From Minisyncoccota bacterium (GTDB taxonomy: Bacteria > Patescibacteriota > Minisyncoccia > Phycocordibacterales > JAQTLZ01), in the NCBI GenBank assembly GCA_028714635.1, contig JAQTLZ010000002.1, forward strand, positions 9,362-73,361: a stretch of DNA of 64,000 bases, given 5' to 3'. This document shows, in pieces, positions 36,826-47,042 of this stretch. The notes beneath the pieces were generated by a model. It searched no databases, was not told where the DNA came from, and worked only from the letters and a program-made list of their open reading frames with translations. Both the position numbers and the translations under genes were made by a program. The stretch's first letter is position 1. Every line of letters starts with the position of its first letter.

Positions 36826-39800
36826 ATGTTCGATAGAAAAAAACAAATTCAAAAAGGAGAAGTGCTGGGACAGAAACAAAAAAATTTACTCCCGGCTTCT
36901 AAAGAGACGAGAAAAGTTTTCTCATTGATGACTATTCTATTAGTAATAGGAATAGGAATAATTTTCCCCTTAGGAGCAAGCGTCAAGGCAGACACAGTAC
37001 AAATAGGTGGGCATACGATAGAATTCAATTACAATTCAATCGGAGGTAGTTCCGCACCCTTCGATCCAAATGATCTTAATGGGCCTTATGTAGTAAACGG
37101 ACAAACGTATTTTGTCTACCAAGCTACTAAATACCGCATAACGGGCAATACAGCTGTACCAGTTGATACTGGAGACAGTACTTTTTCTCAGTCAGCCGCG
37201 CAACTTTTTGGAGCACAGATACCTTTTATAGGAAGCGGTACAGCCCAAACACTGACCCACACGGGTTGGATAAATGTTATTCAGGATGGTTTAAATGCAG
37301 AACTTGCAGCAACAAGGAAAAAATTAGCTGCCGACCAGGCAGCGGGCGATACGGTAGCCGTTAATGAAGACCAACAAAAAATAGCAGCCATAAATAGTGA
37401 CATAAAGGAAGCTGCGGGAACTGTAAACATGAACAGTGGCCAGGCCGCTCAAGCAACGGCAGATTCGAATCGGCTTATGGGTGATGTAAGCTGCACATGG
37501 AATAGTAAATTTAGTTTGGTTGCGTGTCTTAATATCGCAGCGCTCTGGGTGGGAAATCTGATCCTTAGCCTCGCCGCGCTCTTTCTCTTCATTGTAAGCA
37601 TTCTCTTTGACTACATAATCTCCGGTACAGTAGCCGGAATGGGAGGAATCATCCAGAGGGTAGGCACTATAGCAGTTGCTTGGAGAGCGGCTCGGGATAT
37701 CGCGAACGCATTTTTCATATTTATCCTTCTTTATCTCGCAATCGCTACAATTTTGGACCTTGGAGTAGAGACGAAAAAACAGGTGATACGAGTGATAGTG
37801 ATGGCGCTCCTTATCAATTTCAGTCTCTTCTTTACTAGTGTGATGATAGACGCCTCGAACCTCATCGCCACCGGTTTTTATAATGCCACACTCAAGATAG
37901 CGAAAGACACCGCTCCTCCGCCGAACGCAGGACTGACGTCAGGAATAATCGACCCAGGCTCGCGCACAGGAAGCATTTCATCTGTATTTTTAAATGCGAT
38001 GGCTCTTCAGGGAATTTATAATTACAATTCTCCGACTATTAAAAGCGGGTTAGTGGAAAGCGCCAACACAGCAGATCCGAGAAAAGAAAACGTAGGAATT
38101 CCAGACCGAATAAGCAATACCGCAGTCGCCGAAAGTAGTGGCAACAAGATTTCATTCAGCAGAATCCTCGTCACCACCATTTTCGGCACGATGGTAATGT
38201 TTACCACCGCTCTTGTATTGCTTGCTTCTATTTCACTCTTCGGAGCACGAGTGGCAACGCTTCTTGTTTGTATGGTTTTTTCTCCTATCGCATTTGCCCT
38301 TATGGCAGTTCCAGGAGATAAATACTCAGAAAAACTCTACTGGGGCAAACTGGTACCGCAACTGCTCTTTGCTCCCGTCTATATGCTATTCCTTTTTCTC
38401 ACCATACAAATTGTGAGGAGTCTCCCGCCAGGAAGTTTCTCTGCTTCAAACGATGCAAATCTCAGCAGTGAACTCGGCGCGATATTCGCAATCTTCTACA
38501 ATTATATAATCGTCAACACCCTCATTATGACCACTCTTGTCTCGGCAAATGAGATTGGAATCGAGGGAGCAAGTGCGGCAATGGAGTGGGTGCAAAAAGG
38601 GAAGGGCGCGCTCCAGAGCGTTGTGGGGAGAAATACAATCGGCTGGTGGGCACGAGGTCTTGATGAGAAATGGGCGAATACAAATGCTCCACGAGGATTT
38701 AACTGGCTTGTTGGAGGTCAAGGAATTGTCGGCTCCAAGATTCGAGGTTCGACTACCGGCTTTTTGAAAGATGCTAAATTCGGCGGAGAGAAAAGCGCTG
38801 AAGATGTTTACCACGAGGAACATGTTCTTAGGTCTGCTCAAGAGAGCAACAGAAAGAAAGACGCAGTGATCGCGGGATTAAGAAAGGGGGACAAAGACGC
38901 TGTGGAACAGGCTTGGGGCAAACTTTCCGGTTCAGAGAAGATAGAAATGCTTAAAACTAATAAGGGGCTCTTCAATCATCGCGATATGGAAATGATCGGT
39001 GAAGCAAGTACTGACCAAGATATAGAGTCAATTGATAAAAGCGACGATTTAACCCAGCAGGAAAAGGATGAATTGAAACACGGAAAATTCGACCGTCAAA
39101 TTGCTATTTCGAAATTATACAAAAATGAGCTGGATAAATACGAGGAAGCATTCTCGAACGGAGGCAGATATAACGTTGTGGACAAAAACGGAAAAGAGAC
39201 CGGAGAAGTCGTCGATTTCAGCGCGGTAAGAGGTGCGGCCAGAAATGAACTTTACGCCCAAAACATGTTAAGTATGAGAAAATGGGATAAGAAATTGGCG
39301 ACCGATATACAAAAGAGGAAGGGTCTCTCGATCAAACATATGCATCAAATCGCACCGGATCTCTTCACCGATAACAAAGACGGAAGAATTACTGAAAACA
39401 TCGACCATGGGCCGATTGAAGACGCGAGAAGGCTGGGATTCTTGAGTGTTGCAGCTGAAAGAAAATTGCGACTGGCAAAAGGAACCGCAGCTATGGACGC
39501 GACAGCTATGGCGTACGGAATTGATGTTTCGAAAAAAGACTGGAGAGAAAAAGGCATTGAAGAGAGAGGAAAACTCCTAGACGCTGTGGGCGAACACTAT
39601 GTCTATGGAGGTGAAGACGCGATGGGTGAATATTTGAGACTGCAGAGTGGTAGTTTAACCCAAGCAGAGAGAGACGAATACGCTAGGCTTCATCATGGGG
39701 ATCAAGATTATATGGCAGCCGGCGAGGAAAGATACAGGCGATGGATGAGCGGTAAAGGACCTCACGAATTCTGGCTGAACAGAGGCGCTGTCAGAAATAG

Positions 39801-40290
39801 CTCAATTCAGCGAAAGTATGCAGCGCAAGGTATTATCTCTGAAGGATTCCGAGCTGACGACGTGGATAAGGATGGTCTTATGGCGGAAAAGATGGCACGA
39901 TATACTGCGAATGCGGCCGGAAACATCACGGATGATTTTGAGCATAACGATGGACCAATCTCCGAAGCTGACGCTACCGCTATGGATTACTGGCTCAATA
40001 ACAGAGTTGGCAAAGAATGGAGAGACAATCGACTGGGACTCAAAGTGAAAAGGGATAGGGGCGGGGTATTTACAAGTGTGGACATTATGCATCCTGAAAC
40101 GATCGTGGAAAGGGCACAGATTGCATACAACTTAAATGGACCTGACGGCAATATCAGAGCAAGAAAGTATGTTACCGATGATATAAAATGGAGGGCACGA
40201 AGAACCACCGCTATGGAAGACGCCGCAGCAAGAGGAGTTCCATTTGTTCCCAACCCTGGAGATCCGAGACCTGATCCAAGAACCTATTAA
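36826..40290 (+). CDS. VirB6/TrbL-like polytopic membrane protein with long charged C-terminus
   Basis: WRAARDIAN..FIFILL, ALLINFSLF..IDASN, SPIAF...YW..L....FAP; lies upstream of the PrgI and VirB4 genes. Confidence 0.7.
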   Translation: MFDRKKQIQKGEVLGQKQKNLLPASKETRKVFSLMTILLVIGIGIIFPLGASVKADTVQIGGHTIEFNYNSIGGSSAPFDPNDLNGPYVVNGQTYFVYQATKYRITGNTAVPVDTGDSTFSQSAAQLFGAQIPFIGSGTAQTLTHTGWINVIQDGLNAELAATRKKLAADQAAGDTVAVNEDQQKIAAINSDIKEAAGTVNMNSGQAAQATADSNRLMGDVSCTWNSKFSLVACLNIAALWVGNLILSLAALFLFIVSILFDYIISGTVAGMGGIIQRVGTIAVAWRAARDIANAFFIFILLYLAIATILDLGVETKKQVIRVIVMALLINFSLFFTSVMIDASNLIATGFYNATLKIAKDTAPPPNAGLTSGIIDPGSRTGSISSVFLNAMALQGIYNYNSPTIKSGLVESANTADPRKENVGIPDRISNTAVAESSGNKISFSRILVTTIFGTMVMFTTALVLLASISLFGARVATLLVCMVFSPIAFALMAVPGDKYSEKLYWGKLVPQLLFAPVYMLFLFLTIQIVRSLPPGSFSASNDANLSSELGAIFAIFYNYIIVNTLIMTTLVSANEIGIEGASAAMEWVQKGKGALQSVVGRNTIGWWARGLDEKWANTNAPRGFNWLVGGQGIVGSKIRGSTTGFLKDAKFGGEKSAEDVYHEEHVLRSAQESNRKKDAVIAGLRKGDKDAVEQAWGKLSGSEKIEMLKTNKGLFNHRDMEMIGEASTDQDIESIDKSDDLTQQEKDELKHGKFDRQIAISKLYKNELDKYEEAFSNGGRYNVVDKNGKETGEVVDFSAVRGAARNELYAQNMLSMRKWDKKLATDIQKRKGLSIKHMHQIAPDLFTDNKDGRITENIDHGPIEDARRLGFLSVAAERKLRLAKGTAAMDATAMAYGIDVSKKDWREKGIEERGKLLDAVGEHYVYGGEDAMGEYLRLQSGSLTQAERDEYARLHHGDQDYMAAGEERYRRWMSGKGPHEFWLNRGAVRNSSIQRKYAAQGIISEGFRADDVDKDGLMAEKMARYTANAAGNITDDFEHNDGPISEADATAMDYWLNNRVGKEWRDNRLGLKVKRDRGGVFTSVDIMHPETIVERAQIAYNLNGPDGNIRARKYVTDDIKWRARRTTAMEDAAARGVPFVPNPGDPRPDPRTY

Positions 40291-40299
40291 GCAAATACT

Positions 40300-41046
40300 A
40301 TGATTATCTATCTAGACCACCAAATCGACGCTTTGGCCGAAATAACCAAAGACAATACAGTAACTAAAGTCGCTTTTAAAGATACTGATTGGGTTTCTGT
40401 CATCCGGGAGATTGGAGTAAAGAATGATCTGAATTTGAGCCAACTTGGAGTGATATACGATCTCATTAACCAGATCATTCTTGGCCAGTTAAATGCCGGC
40501 GACTTCACAGGAAAACTAAAAAAAATAGCGAAGGATGAGGATTGGGATGAGCTCGACGACGGAAAAATCTCTTCAGTTGTGTCTGCACTGAATGAGAAAA
40601 TTTTCCTCCCTATCCGAGACGCGATGAGGAAATTGAGCGGAACAAAACAAGAAGAAGATGTCTCGGCTCTAAAAAAAGAAGACGTGCTTCACGGAATCGA
40701 AAATCCAGTAAAGACAGCTCACTTATTGTCAGTCGAAAAAACACCGGTTCCTCCTGCGGTGATCAAACTCACTCCCGCAACACCAACACCCGCAGTAACG
40801 CCCTCTCAACCGCCCGTGCCAACCCCGCAACCACCTCAACCAACTCCACCGCCAATTGTTAAGCCAACTTCCATCGAAATAAAACCTCATATGGACATTA
40901 TGGAAGCAAAACTTTCAAGTGCTGTGAAAATGCCTGTCACCGAAGTAAAAGTGGCCGAAAAACCCCCGGTAACTCCCGCACCACCTCGACCTGCTGCACC
41001 CACAAAATACACAACTGATCCTTATCGAGAACCGCCAAAAGCTTAA
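40300..41046 (+). CDS. Hypothetical protein with Pro-rich region and C-terminal DPYREP motif
   Basis: IFLPIR segment, Pro/Thr low-complexity region, YTTDPYREP. Confidence 0.75.
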   Translation: MIIYLDHQIDALAEITKDNTVTKVAFKDTDWVSVIREIGVKNDLNLSQLGVIYDLINQIILGQLNAGDFTGKLKKIAKDEDWDELDDGKISSVVSALNEKIFLPIRDAMRKLSGTKQEEDVSALKKEDVLHGIENPVKTAHLLSVEKTPVPPAVIKLTPATPTPAVTPSQPPVPTPQPPQPTPPPIVKPTSIEIKPHMDIMEAKLSSAVKMPVTEVKVAEKPPVTPAPPRPAAPTKYTTDPYREPPKA

Positions 41047-41058
41047 AAACGAACAACT

Positions 41059-41511
41059 ATGCAATTCCAAGTCCCTCAATTCATCGAAATAGAAGACAAA
41101 GTTTTCGGGCCTCTTACCGTCAAACAATTTCTCTATCTTGCCGGAGGAGCCGGGTTTTCGTATCTTCTATATGCTTTTCTGCCTTCTTACATATCTTATG
41201 CTCTCATGTTGCTTGTCGCTGGTTTTTCACTCGCTCTCGCTTTCTACAAAGTGAACGAAAAGCCTTTTATCCTTATTGTCGAAGCCGCTTTTAATTATCT
41301 TTTCAGCAAAAAACTCTACATCTGGAAAAGACAGGACAAAAAAATCGAAAAGAAGGAGGAAGTTGAAACCTCACAGCCGACACTTCGGGTTCCTAAACTC
41401 TCTGATAGCAAGCTAAGCGATCTCTCTTGGAGCCTTGATATAAACGAGAGGGAAAAGGGTACCATCTATTCAAAAGAGACAAAAACACTCGGAAGAAGAG
41501 AAGATCGCTGA
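41059..41511 (+). CDS. PrgI/VirB3-like membrane protein
   Basis: MQFQVPQFIEIEDKVFGPLTVKQF plus two TM segments. Confidence 0.85.
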   Translation: MQFQVPQFIEIEDKVFGPLTVKQFLYLAGGAGFSYLLYAFLPSYISYALMLLVAGFSLALAFYKVNEKPFILIVEAAFNYLFSKKLYIWKRQDKKIEKKEEVETSQPTLRVPKLSDSKLSDLSWSLDINEREKGTIYSKETKTLGRREDR

Positions 41512-41574
41512 TATTTAGCTGAAAAACAGATTTATCCGTTGTAACGAGTGACTTCGCCGTCTATAATGTAACCT

Positions 41575-42216
41575 ATGGCGTCTCAAACAAGCGAAGCAAC
41601 CCAAGCATTTGTACCAATAGAAGAAATTCGCGATGGAATCGTGGTGCTTAAAGATGGAGGAATGAGAACAATTCTTCTCGCCTCTTCGGTAAACTTTGCC
41701 CTCAAATCCTCTGATGAACAGGCCGGAATCATTATTCAATTTCAAAATTTTTTGAACTCTCTTGATTTTTCGGTGCAGATGTTTCTTCAATCACGAAAGT
41801 ACGATATTCGCCCATATATCGCGCTCTTGGAAGAAAGATACAAGGCCCAGACAGGGGACCTTATGAGAATTCAGACACGCGAATATATCGATTTCGTGAA
41901 AAGCTTCAGTGACAATGCCAACATTATGAAAAAAAGTTTTTTCATAATTGTCCCTTTCAATCCTTCCGTGTTGAATTCAAAAGGGGAGGGAATAATGAAA
42001 GTATTCAGGCGGGAGAAAAAAACAGAAGCAGAACTCTCAAAGAAAAGGGATTTTGAAGAAAACAGAACACAGCTCGAACAAAGAGTTGGTATTGTTTCGC
42101 AAGGGCTTGTTCGTTGCGGAGTCAAAACCATCGGACTTGGCACGGAGGAAATCGTCGAACTCTTCTACAAGATATTTAATCCAGGAGACACCGAAAAGCC
42201 GATTCATGTTGAATAA
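41575..42216 (+). CDS. VirB4-associated protein resembling the TraE/VirB4 N-terminal region
   Basis: IEEIRDGIVVL, SSVNFALKS..EQ......FLNSLDF.VQ. Confidence 0.75.
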   Translation: MASQTSEATQAFVPIEEIRDGIVVLKDGGMRTILLASSVNFALKSSDEQAGIIIQFQNFLNSLDFSVQMFLQSRKYDIRPYIALLEERYKAQTGDLMRIQTREYIDFVKSFSDNANIMKKSFFIIVPFNPSVLNSKGEGIMKVFRREKKTEAELSKKRDFEENRTQLEQRVGIVSQGLVRCGVKTIGLGTEEIVELFYKIFNPGDTEKPIHVE

Positions 42217-42228
42217 TTTCAAAATAGT

Positions 42229-44052
42229 ATGGGACTTTTAAGCAACCTATTTGGAAAAAAAGAAAATACCGTGCCGAAAATTGCGCCTATTTTGCCGCAA
42301 GAGATTTATGAATCTGGAGTATTGGAACTTAAAGATATTATCGCTCCGTCCGCCCTTAAAATAACTCCGCGCGAACTGAATCTCGGAGACAAGATCGTTC
42401 GCACATTCTTCGTCATTTCCTATCCAAGATTTCTCTCTGACAGCTGGTTTTCTCCAATCATAAATCTCGATAAAGTTTTCGACATTTCAATATTCGTGCA
42501 CCCGATCGAGACTGCGAAAGTGTTGCGTACTTTCCAGAAAAAAGTTGCGGAGGTGGAAAGCCAAATATCCGGGAGACAGTCAAAAGGATTGGTGCGCGAC
42601 CCAGTGCTCGATACCGCCTATCAGGACCTTGAAGGGTTGCGGGACCGCCTCCAGCAGGCGCAGGAAAAACTTTTTGACGTCGGTCTTTATATTTCCGTTT
42701 ATGGTGAAACAAATGAGGAACTCGATAAGATAGAATCGGAGATCAAATCAATTCTCGAAGCAAAACTAGTGTATTTGAAACCGGCGCTTTTCCAGCAGGA
42801 ACAAGGCTTCAAGACCGTGCTTCCGGTAGGAGAAGATCTCTTGGAAGTGCACTCGAAATTAAATTCTTCTCCTCTTTCAAGCCTTTTTCCGTTTATCTCA
42901 TTCGACCTTTCATCCGACAAAGGAATTTTGTATGGAATAAACCGCCACAATTCAAGCCTTGTGCTTTTCGACCGATTTTCCCTTGAAAACTACAATTCAG
43001 TGACGTTTGCTAAGGCTGGTTCTGGAAAATCATACGCTTCCAAGCTTGAAATCCTTCGAACCCTTATGTTCGACGCGGATGTTTTGGTCATTGACCCGGA
43101 AAAAGAATATGAATATATGGCGGAAGCAACAGGCGGAAGATATTTCAACATTTCTCTTAATTCTGAACATCATATCAATCCGTTCGATCTGCCAGCACCT
43201 CGACCTGATGAATCAAAAGCAGACGTCTTGCGCTCGAATATTGTGAACTTGGTTGGGCTTTTCCGTCTTATGCTTGGAGGACTTTCTCCGGAAGAAGACG
43301 CTGTCATAGACCGAGCTATCACCGAAACCTACGCACTCAAAGACATCACTGCCGATTCTGATTTCTCAAACATCGAACCTCCGCTCCTATCCGACTTCGA
43401 ATTGGTTCTCGCGGGAATGGAAGGAGGGGAGTCATTGGCACAGCGACTTACCAAATTTACTAAAGGAACGTGGGCAGGGTTTATCAACAAGCCAACAAAC
43501 ATCGACATCAACAAAAAATTCGTGGTGTTTTCTCTTAGAGATATGGAAGATGAACTAAAGCCTGTGGCAATGTACATCGTCACTCACTATATCTGGAACG
43601 CTATTCGAAAAGAGCTGAAGAAACGCCTCTTGGTAATCGATGAAGCGTGGTGGATGATGAAATCCGAAGATACAGCATCATTCCTCCTTGGCCTCGCAAA
43701 ACGATGCCGAAAATATTATTTGGGACTTGCAACTATCACCCAGGACGTCGATGACTTCCTCCGCTCTCCTTATGGACTCCCGATTATCACCAACTCGTCG
43801 ATCCAAATCCTTCTCAAACAGTCCGCTTCTTCAATTGATATCCTCCAGAAAACATTCTCGCTTACTGACGAAGAAAAATATCTCCTCCTCGAATCTGATG
43901 TGGGAGAGGGAATTTTCTTTGCGGGAACAAAACATGTGGCCATAAAAATTATCGCCTCATACACTGAAGATCAAATCATCACCTCAAACCCTTCCCAGCT
44001 TCTTGCCATACAAAAAGCAAAAGAAGAGCTCGCAGGACTTGGACAGGGATAA
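42229..44052 (+). CDS. VirB4/TraE-family secretion ATPase
   Basis: AKAGSGKS Walker A, VIDPEKEY, INPFD, VIDEAW Walker B, ITQDV.DFL. Confidence 0.9.
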   Translation: MGLLSNLFGKKENTVPKIAPILPQEIYESGVLELKDIIAPSALKITPRELNLGDKIVRTFFVISYPRFLSDSWFSPIINLDKVFDISIFVHPIETAKVLRTFQKKVAEVESQISGRQSKGLVRDPVLDTAYQDLEGLRDRLQQAQEKLFDVGLYISVYGETNEELDKIESEIKSILEAKLVYLKPALFQQEQGFKTVLPVGEDLLEVHSKLNSSPLSSLFPFISFDLSSDKGILYGINRHNSSLVLFDRFSLENYNSVTFAKAGSGKSYASKLEILRTLMFDADVLVIDPEKEYEYMAEATGGRYFNISLNSEHHINPFDLPAPRPDESKADVLRSNIVNLVGLFRLMLGGLSPEEDAVIDRAITETYALKDITADSDFSNIEPPLLSDFELVLAGMEGGESLAQRLTKFTKGTWAGFINKPTNIDINKKFVVFSLRDMEDELKPVAMYIVTHYIWNAIRKELKKRLLVIDEAWWMMKSEDTASFLLGLAKRCRKYYLGLATITQDVDDFLRSPYGLPIITNSSIQILLKQSASSIDILQKTFSLTDEEKYLLLESDVGEGIFFAGTKHVAIKIIASYTEDQIITSNPSQLLAIQKAKEELAGLGQG

Positions 44053-44081
44053 TCACTAAGTCCTATCTCACCCCACTCAAG

Positions 44082-44972
44082 ATGCTGCGAAAATTTTTTA
44101 CTCTAGCGAAGGAAGTAAGGGAAATAAAACCAAGAATCACGCCGGGAGCGGCTGCGCTTTTGATTTTTTTCGCGCTTATTATTGATTTGGTGCAATTTTT
44201 GGTCAATTTTCTTGACGAAATCCTTTTTATAGGAGTTATTCTCAACTGGCTCATTGATATAGCTGTGATTTTCGGATTCTGGCTATGGTTTCGATTCAAA
44301 AGAGTAAAATTCGTTAAAATATCAGCCGAAGGGAAATCAAGTGCCACTGGACTTATCGCGTTCATTATAACAGTTATCATTAAACTTATTCCGGTACTCA
44401 ACGCGCTTCCAGCATGGACCGCAAACGTTATGATAAATATCGGCGTTTCTTGGGTTGAAGACCTAGCTGCGCAGGATAGAAGCGGGACGCTTGCAAAAAT
44501 GTTGCCTGGCGGCAAAAAAGCACTATCACAAGGGGCAAAAAAACAAGCATTGGAAGCGAGGAGAGATGATAGGCGAAACGGAAGAGAGGGGTACACAAGA
44601 GAGGGAATGGGAAGTGGAAGTAGAGAAGAAGAAAAAGAACAACAAGCGATGCTCCCAACCAACACCCTCGATCTTTCAAATCAATCGGGAATATCTAGCG
44701 GGGGACAGGAAAGAAGACCGGAAATTCCAAGAGATGAGCCGGCAAAGCGGGTCACAGAAGAGCCTCAACGAAGAGGAGATGCTTCTTCAGAAGCAGATAG
44801 AATATGGCAAGAAAGGGATCGGACCGGCGCTATCGCTCAAGCTGACGATATCTGGAAAAGAAGAGATGAGCGAACAGCACAAGAAGAAAAAATGCTCCAA
44901 GAGAAGATGGGTGGAATGGGGAATAGACTCGATAAAATATGGGAAGAAAGGGATCGGAAAAATGGCGTTTGA
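44082..44972 (+). CDS. Membrane protein with charged repetitive tail
   Basis: Multiple TM segments ending IPVLNALPAWT; three D.IW..RD repeats. Confidence 0.7.
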   Translation: MLRKFFTLAKEVREIKPRITPGAAALLIFFALIIDLVQFLVNFLDEILFIGVILNWLIDIAVIFGFWLWFRFKRVKFVKISAEGKSSATGLIAFIITVIIKLIPVLNALPAWTANVMINIGVSWVEDLAAQDRSGTLAKMLPGGKKALSQGAKKQALEARRDDRRNGREGYTREGMGSGSREEEKEQQAMLPTNTLDLSNQSGISSGGQERRPEIPRDEPAKRVTEEPQRRGDASSEADRIWQERDRTGAIAQADDIWKRRDERTAQEEKMLQEKMGGMGNRLDKIWEERDRKNGV

Positions 44973-45024
44973 AGCCAGAGCTGTTGATAAGGTATCTTTT
45001 GACTATGGTAAAATAACAGGATAC

Positions 45025-46062
45025 ATGAAAAGCGCTCTTATACAGAAAGCCGCTACTCTTTTTCTCTCTGGACTCATCCTTTTGTGTCTTGTGTCCTTAT
45101 CTCACTTGACCGCCTCTGCAGAAATTATCGCTCCCGAAAATTCAGTCTCTCTTTCAATACAGCCCCAAAATCCCGAGCCGAATTCAGAGGTAAGTGCCAC
45201 AATTGAAGGGTATCTTTTCGATCTGCAAAAATCAAAAATTTCTTGGTCTGTGAATGGGAATATCAAGAAAACAGGTATTGGAGGAACTACTTTTTCATTC
45301 ACAACAGGCAATGCAGGAAAAACAACGAACCTAAGCGTCGTTGTTGATGCCCCCGATGGCACGCACGTAGAAAAATTACTTTCCCTTCAGGCTGCAAATG
45401 TCGATCTGGCATGGGAAGCGACTTCCTATAGCCCCCCATTTTACAAAGGAAAATCACTTTTCCCTCCTCAAGGAACGGCCAAGGTCGTGGCACTCCCGGA
45501 CCTTACCGATGCAAGTGGCAACCTTATTCCAGCTGAAAAGCTTCTCTATAAATGGACAAAGGACAGAGAAATACTGGGAGACGACTCCGGGTACGGGAAA
45601 AATATTTACACATTTACAGGAGATCTTTTCTCTCGGCCAGTTACCATAAAAGTAGAAGCGAGCACACTTGTAGGAAATCAAACAGCAGAAAAGAGCATCG
45701 TTATTTCTCCCGCAACTTTGCAGGTTGTTTTATACGAAGATGATCCGCTTTTGGGAATTACATACGAAAAATCACTTCCGGCGAGTTTCCCTCTTATTAA
45801 TCCAGAGATAAAAATGGTTGGTGTGCCATACTTTTTCAATGCAAATGATCCACTTACCTTTTCTTGGAGTATGAATGGGAGTCCTTTCACAGACGGACAA
45901 AGCGCGGACGGAAAAAGTGCGACACTCCGGCAAAACAGCCAAACAGGCACGGCAGTTATTTCTCTTGGGGTGACAAACAGCGCTTCATTTCTTCAATCTG
46001 CGGAAACGAAAAGCTCCATATTTTTGCCGACTATAACAAAGACAAATGCAACCTCAATTTAA
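45025..46062 (+). CDS. Secreted protein with Ig/PKD-like beta-sandwich repeats
   Basis: Signal peptide; ISWSVNG, YKWTKD and FSWSMNG repeats; start at ATG 45025. Confidence 0.75.
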   Translation: MKSALIQKAATLFLSGLILLCLVSLSHLTASAEIIAPENSVSLSIQPQNPEPNSEVSATIEGYLFDLQKSKISWSVNGNIKKTGIGGTTFSFTTGNAGKTTNLSVVVDAPDGTHVEKLLSLQAANVDLAWEATSYSPPFYKGKSLFPPQGTAKVVALPDLTDASGNLIPAEKLLYKWTKDREILGDDSGYGKNIYTFTGDLFSRPVTIKVEASTLVGNQTAEKSIVISPATLQVVLYEDDPLLGITYEKSLPASFPLINPEIKMVGVPYFFNANDPLTFSWSMNGSPFTDGQSADGKSATLRQNSQTGTAVISLGVTNSASFLQSAETKSSIFLPTITKTNATSI

Positions 46063-46067
46063 AATGA

Positions 46068-46150
46068 ATCCCGTTAGAAGCAACCCATATTTACAAATCA
46101 TGCCTAATCCAAACATTTACCAAATAATCGAAGCTAGCTTCTAACGGGAT
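46068..46150. mobile_element. Small MITE/REP-like element with 14-bp terminal inverted repeats
   Basis: ATCCCGTTAGAAGC (46068-46081) ... GCTTCTAACGGGAT (46137-46150); ATGAA on both sides. Confidence 0.55.
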
Positions 46151-47015
46151 GAAAACAGCAACAAAAATCTACGTATGCATCCTTTGTCTTGTTCTGTGTT
46201 TTGGCGCTACCCATAAAGCACTTGCTTTCTTTCAAGAGCAATCCTATAAATCCCTTGCGCCAATCGAGGGAGTAAATTCCCCGGGCGATGCTGTAGTGGG
46301 AGGCGTAAATCTTGCCACGTACCTCGGAGACATTTTCAAACTGGGCATCGGGCTTTGCGGAATATTCGCAGTGCTTATGATAGTCGTCGGAGGGCTTGAA
46401 TATGTGATGACCGATAAAATCGCAAGCAAGGAAGATGCGAAGACAAGGATAACTAATGCCATCATAGGTCTTCTTCTGGCTCTTTCTTCCTATGTCATCC
46501 TCTACACAATAAATCCCGCTCTGGTAAGCCTCGATTTTTTGAATTCTACTGGCGGAGGCAATGTTCCGCAAACACTTTCGGTAAATAATAGTGCCCCTGA
46601 TCAGGTGGCGACAAATCCGGTAGCACCAGCAAGCAAACCTGGGGATACTGTGACCACAAAACCAGAAACACCAGCTGCACCTAAACCACCAGCCAAGCCA
46701 AAAGATCCTGAACGAACGAGTGTATTCTGTTTTTACACAGGCAAACAGGTTCGAGGATTTGTCTCATGGATACCGTTAGACTACTACCTAAGCCCCAATA
46801 ATCCTACGAAAGAATATCGTGTGAATAATGACATTTATTATTTTCAGAATCCGACAAAAACATGCACCCCTCGTTTACCGAAAAGCCAAGCGAAAAGCCA
46901 ATGCGAAACAACAAGGACGGCGGCTATCGATGCACTTCCGTTCAATTGGGCATTCGTCCAAGCGAGCCAAGATGTTACAGCTTGTTACGACGCAACAAGT
47001 GAGTTTTACAACTAA
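46149..47015 (+). CDS. VirB2/TrbC-like pilin with C-terminal Cys-containing extension
   Basis: Signal peptide; AVLMIVVGGLEY.......AK.RI.NAIIGLLL...SYVIL.TINP. Confidence 0.8.
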   Translation: MKTATKIYVCILCLVLCFGATHKALAFFQEQSYKSLAPIEGVNSPGDAVVGGVNLATYLGDIFKLGIGLCGIFAVLMIVVGGLEYVMTDKIASKEDAKTRITNAIIGLLLALSSYVILYTINPALVSLDFLNSTGGGNVPQTLSVNNSAPDQVATNPVAPASKPGDTVTTKPETPAAPKPPAKPKDPERTSVFCFYTGKQVRGFVSWIPLDYYLSPNNPTKEYRVNNDIYYFQNPTKTCTPRLPKSQAKSQCETTRTAAIDALPFNWAFVQASQDVTACYDATSEFYN

Positions 47016-47042
47016 AAACGGTTTTTTGCTGTTAAAAGAAAA

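Noticed and set aside
44491-45024. N-terminal 178 aa of the 523-aa ORF
   Set aside because: It overlaps 44082-44972 in another frame; the signal peptide begins at ATG 45025.
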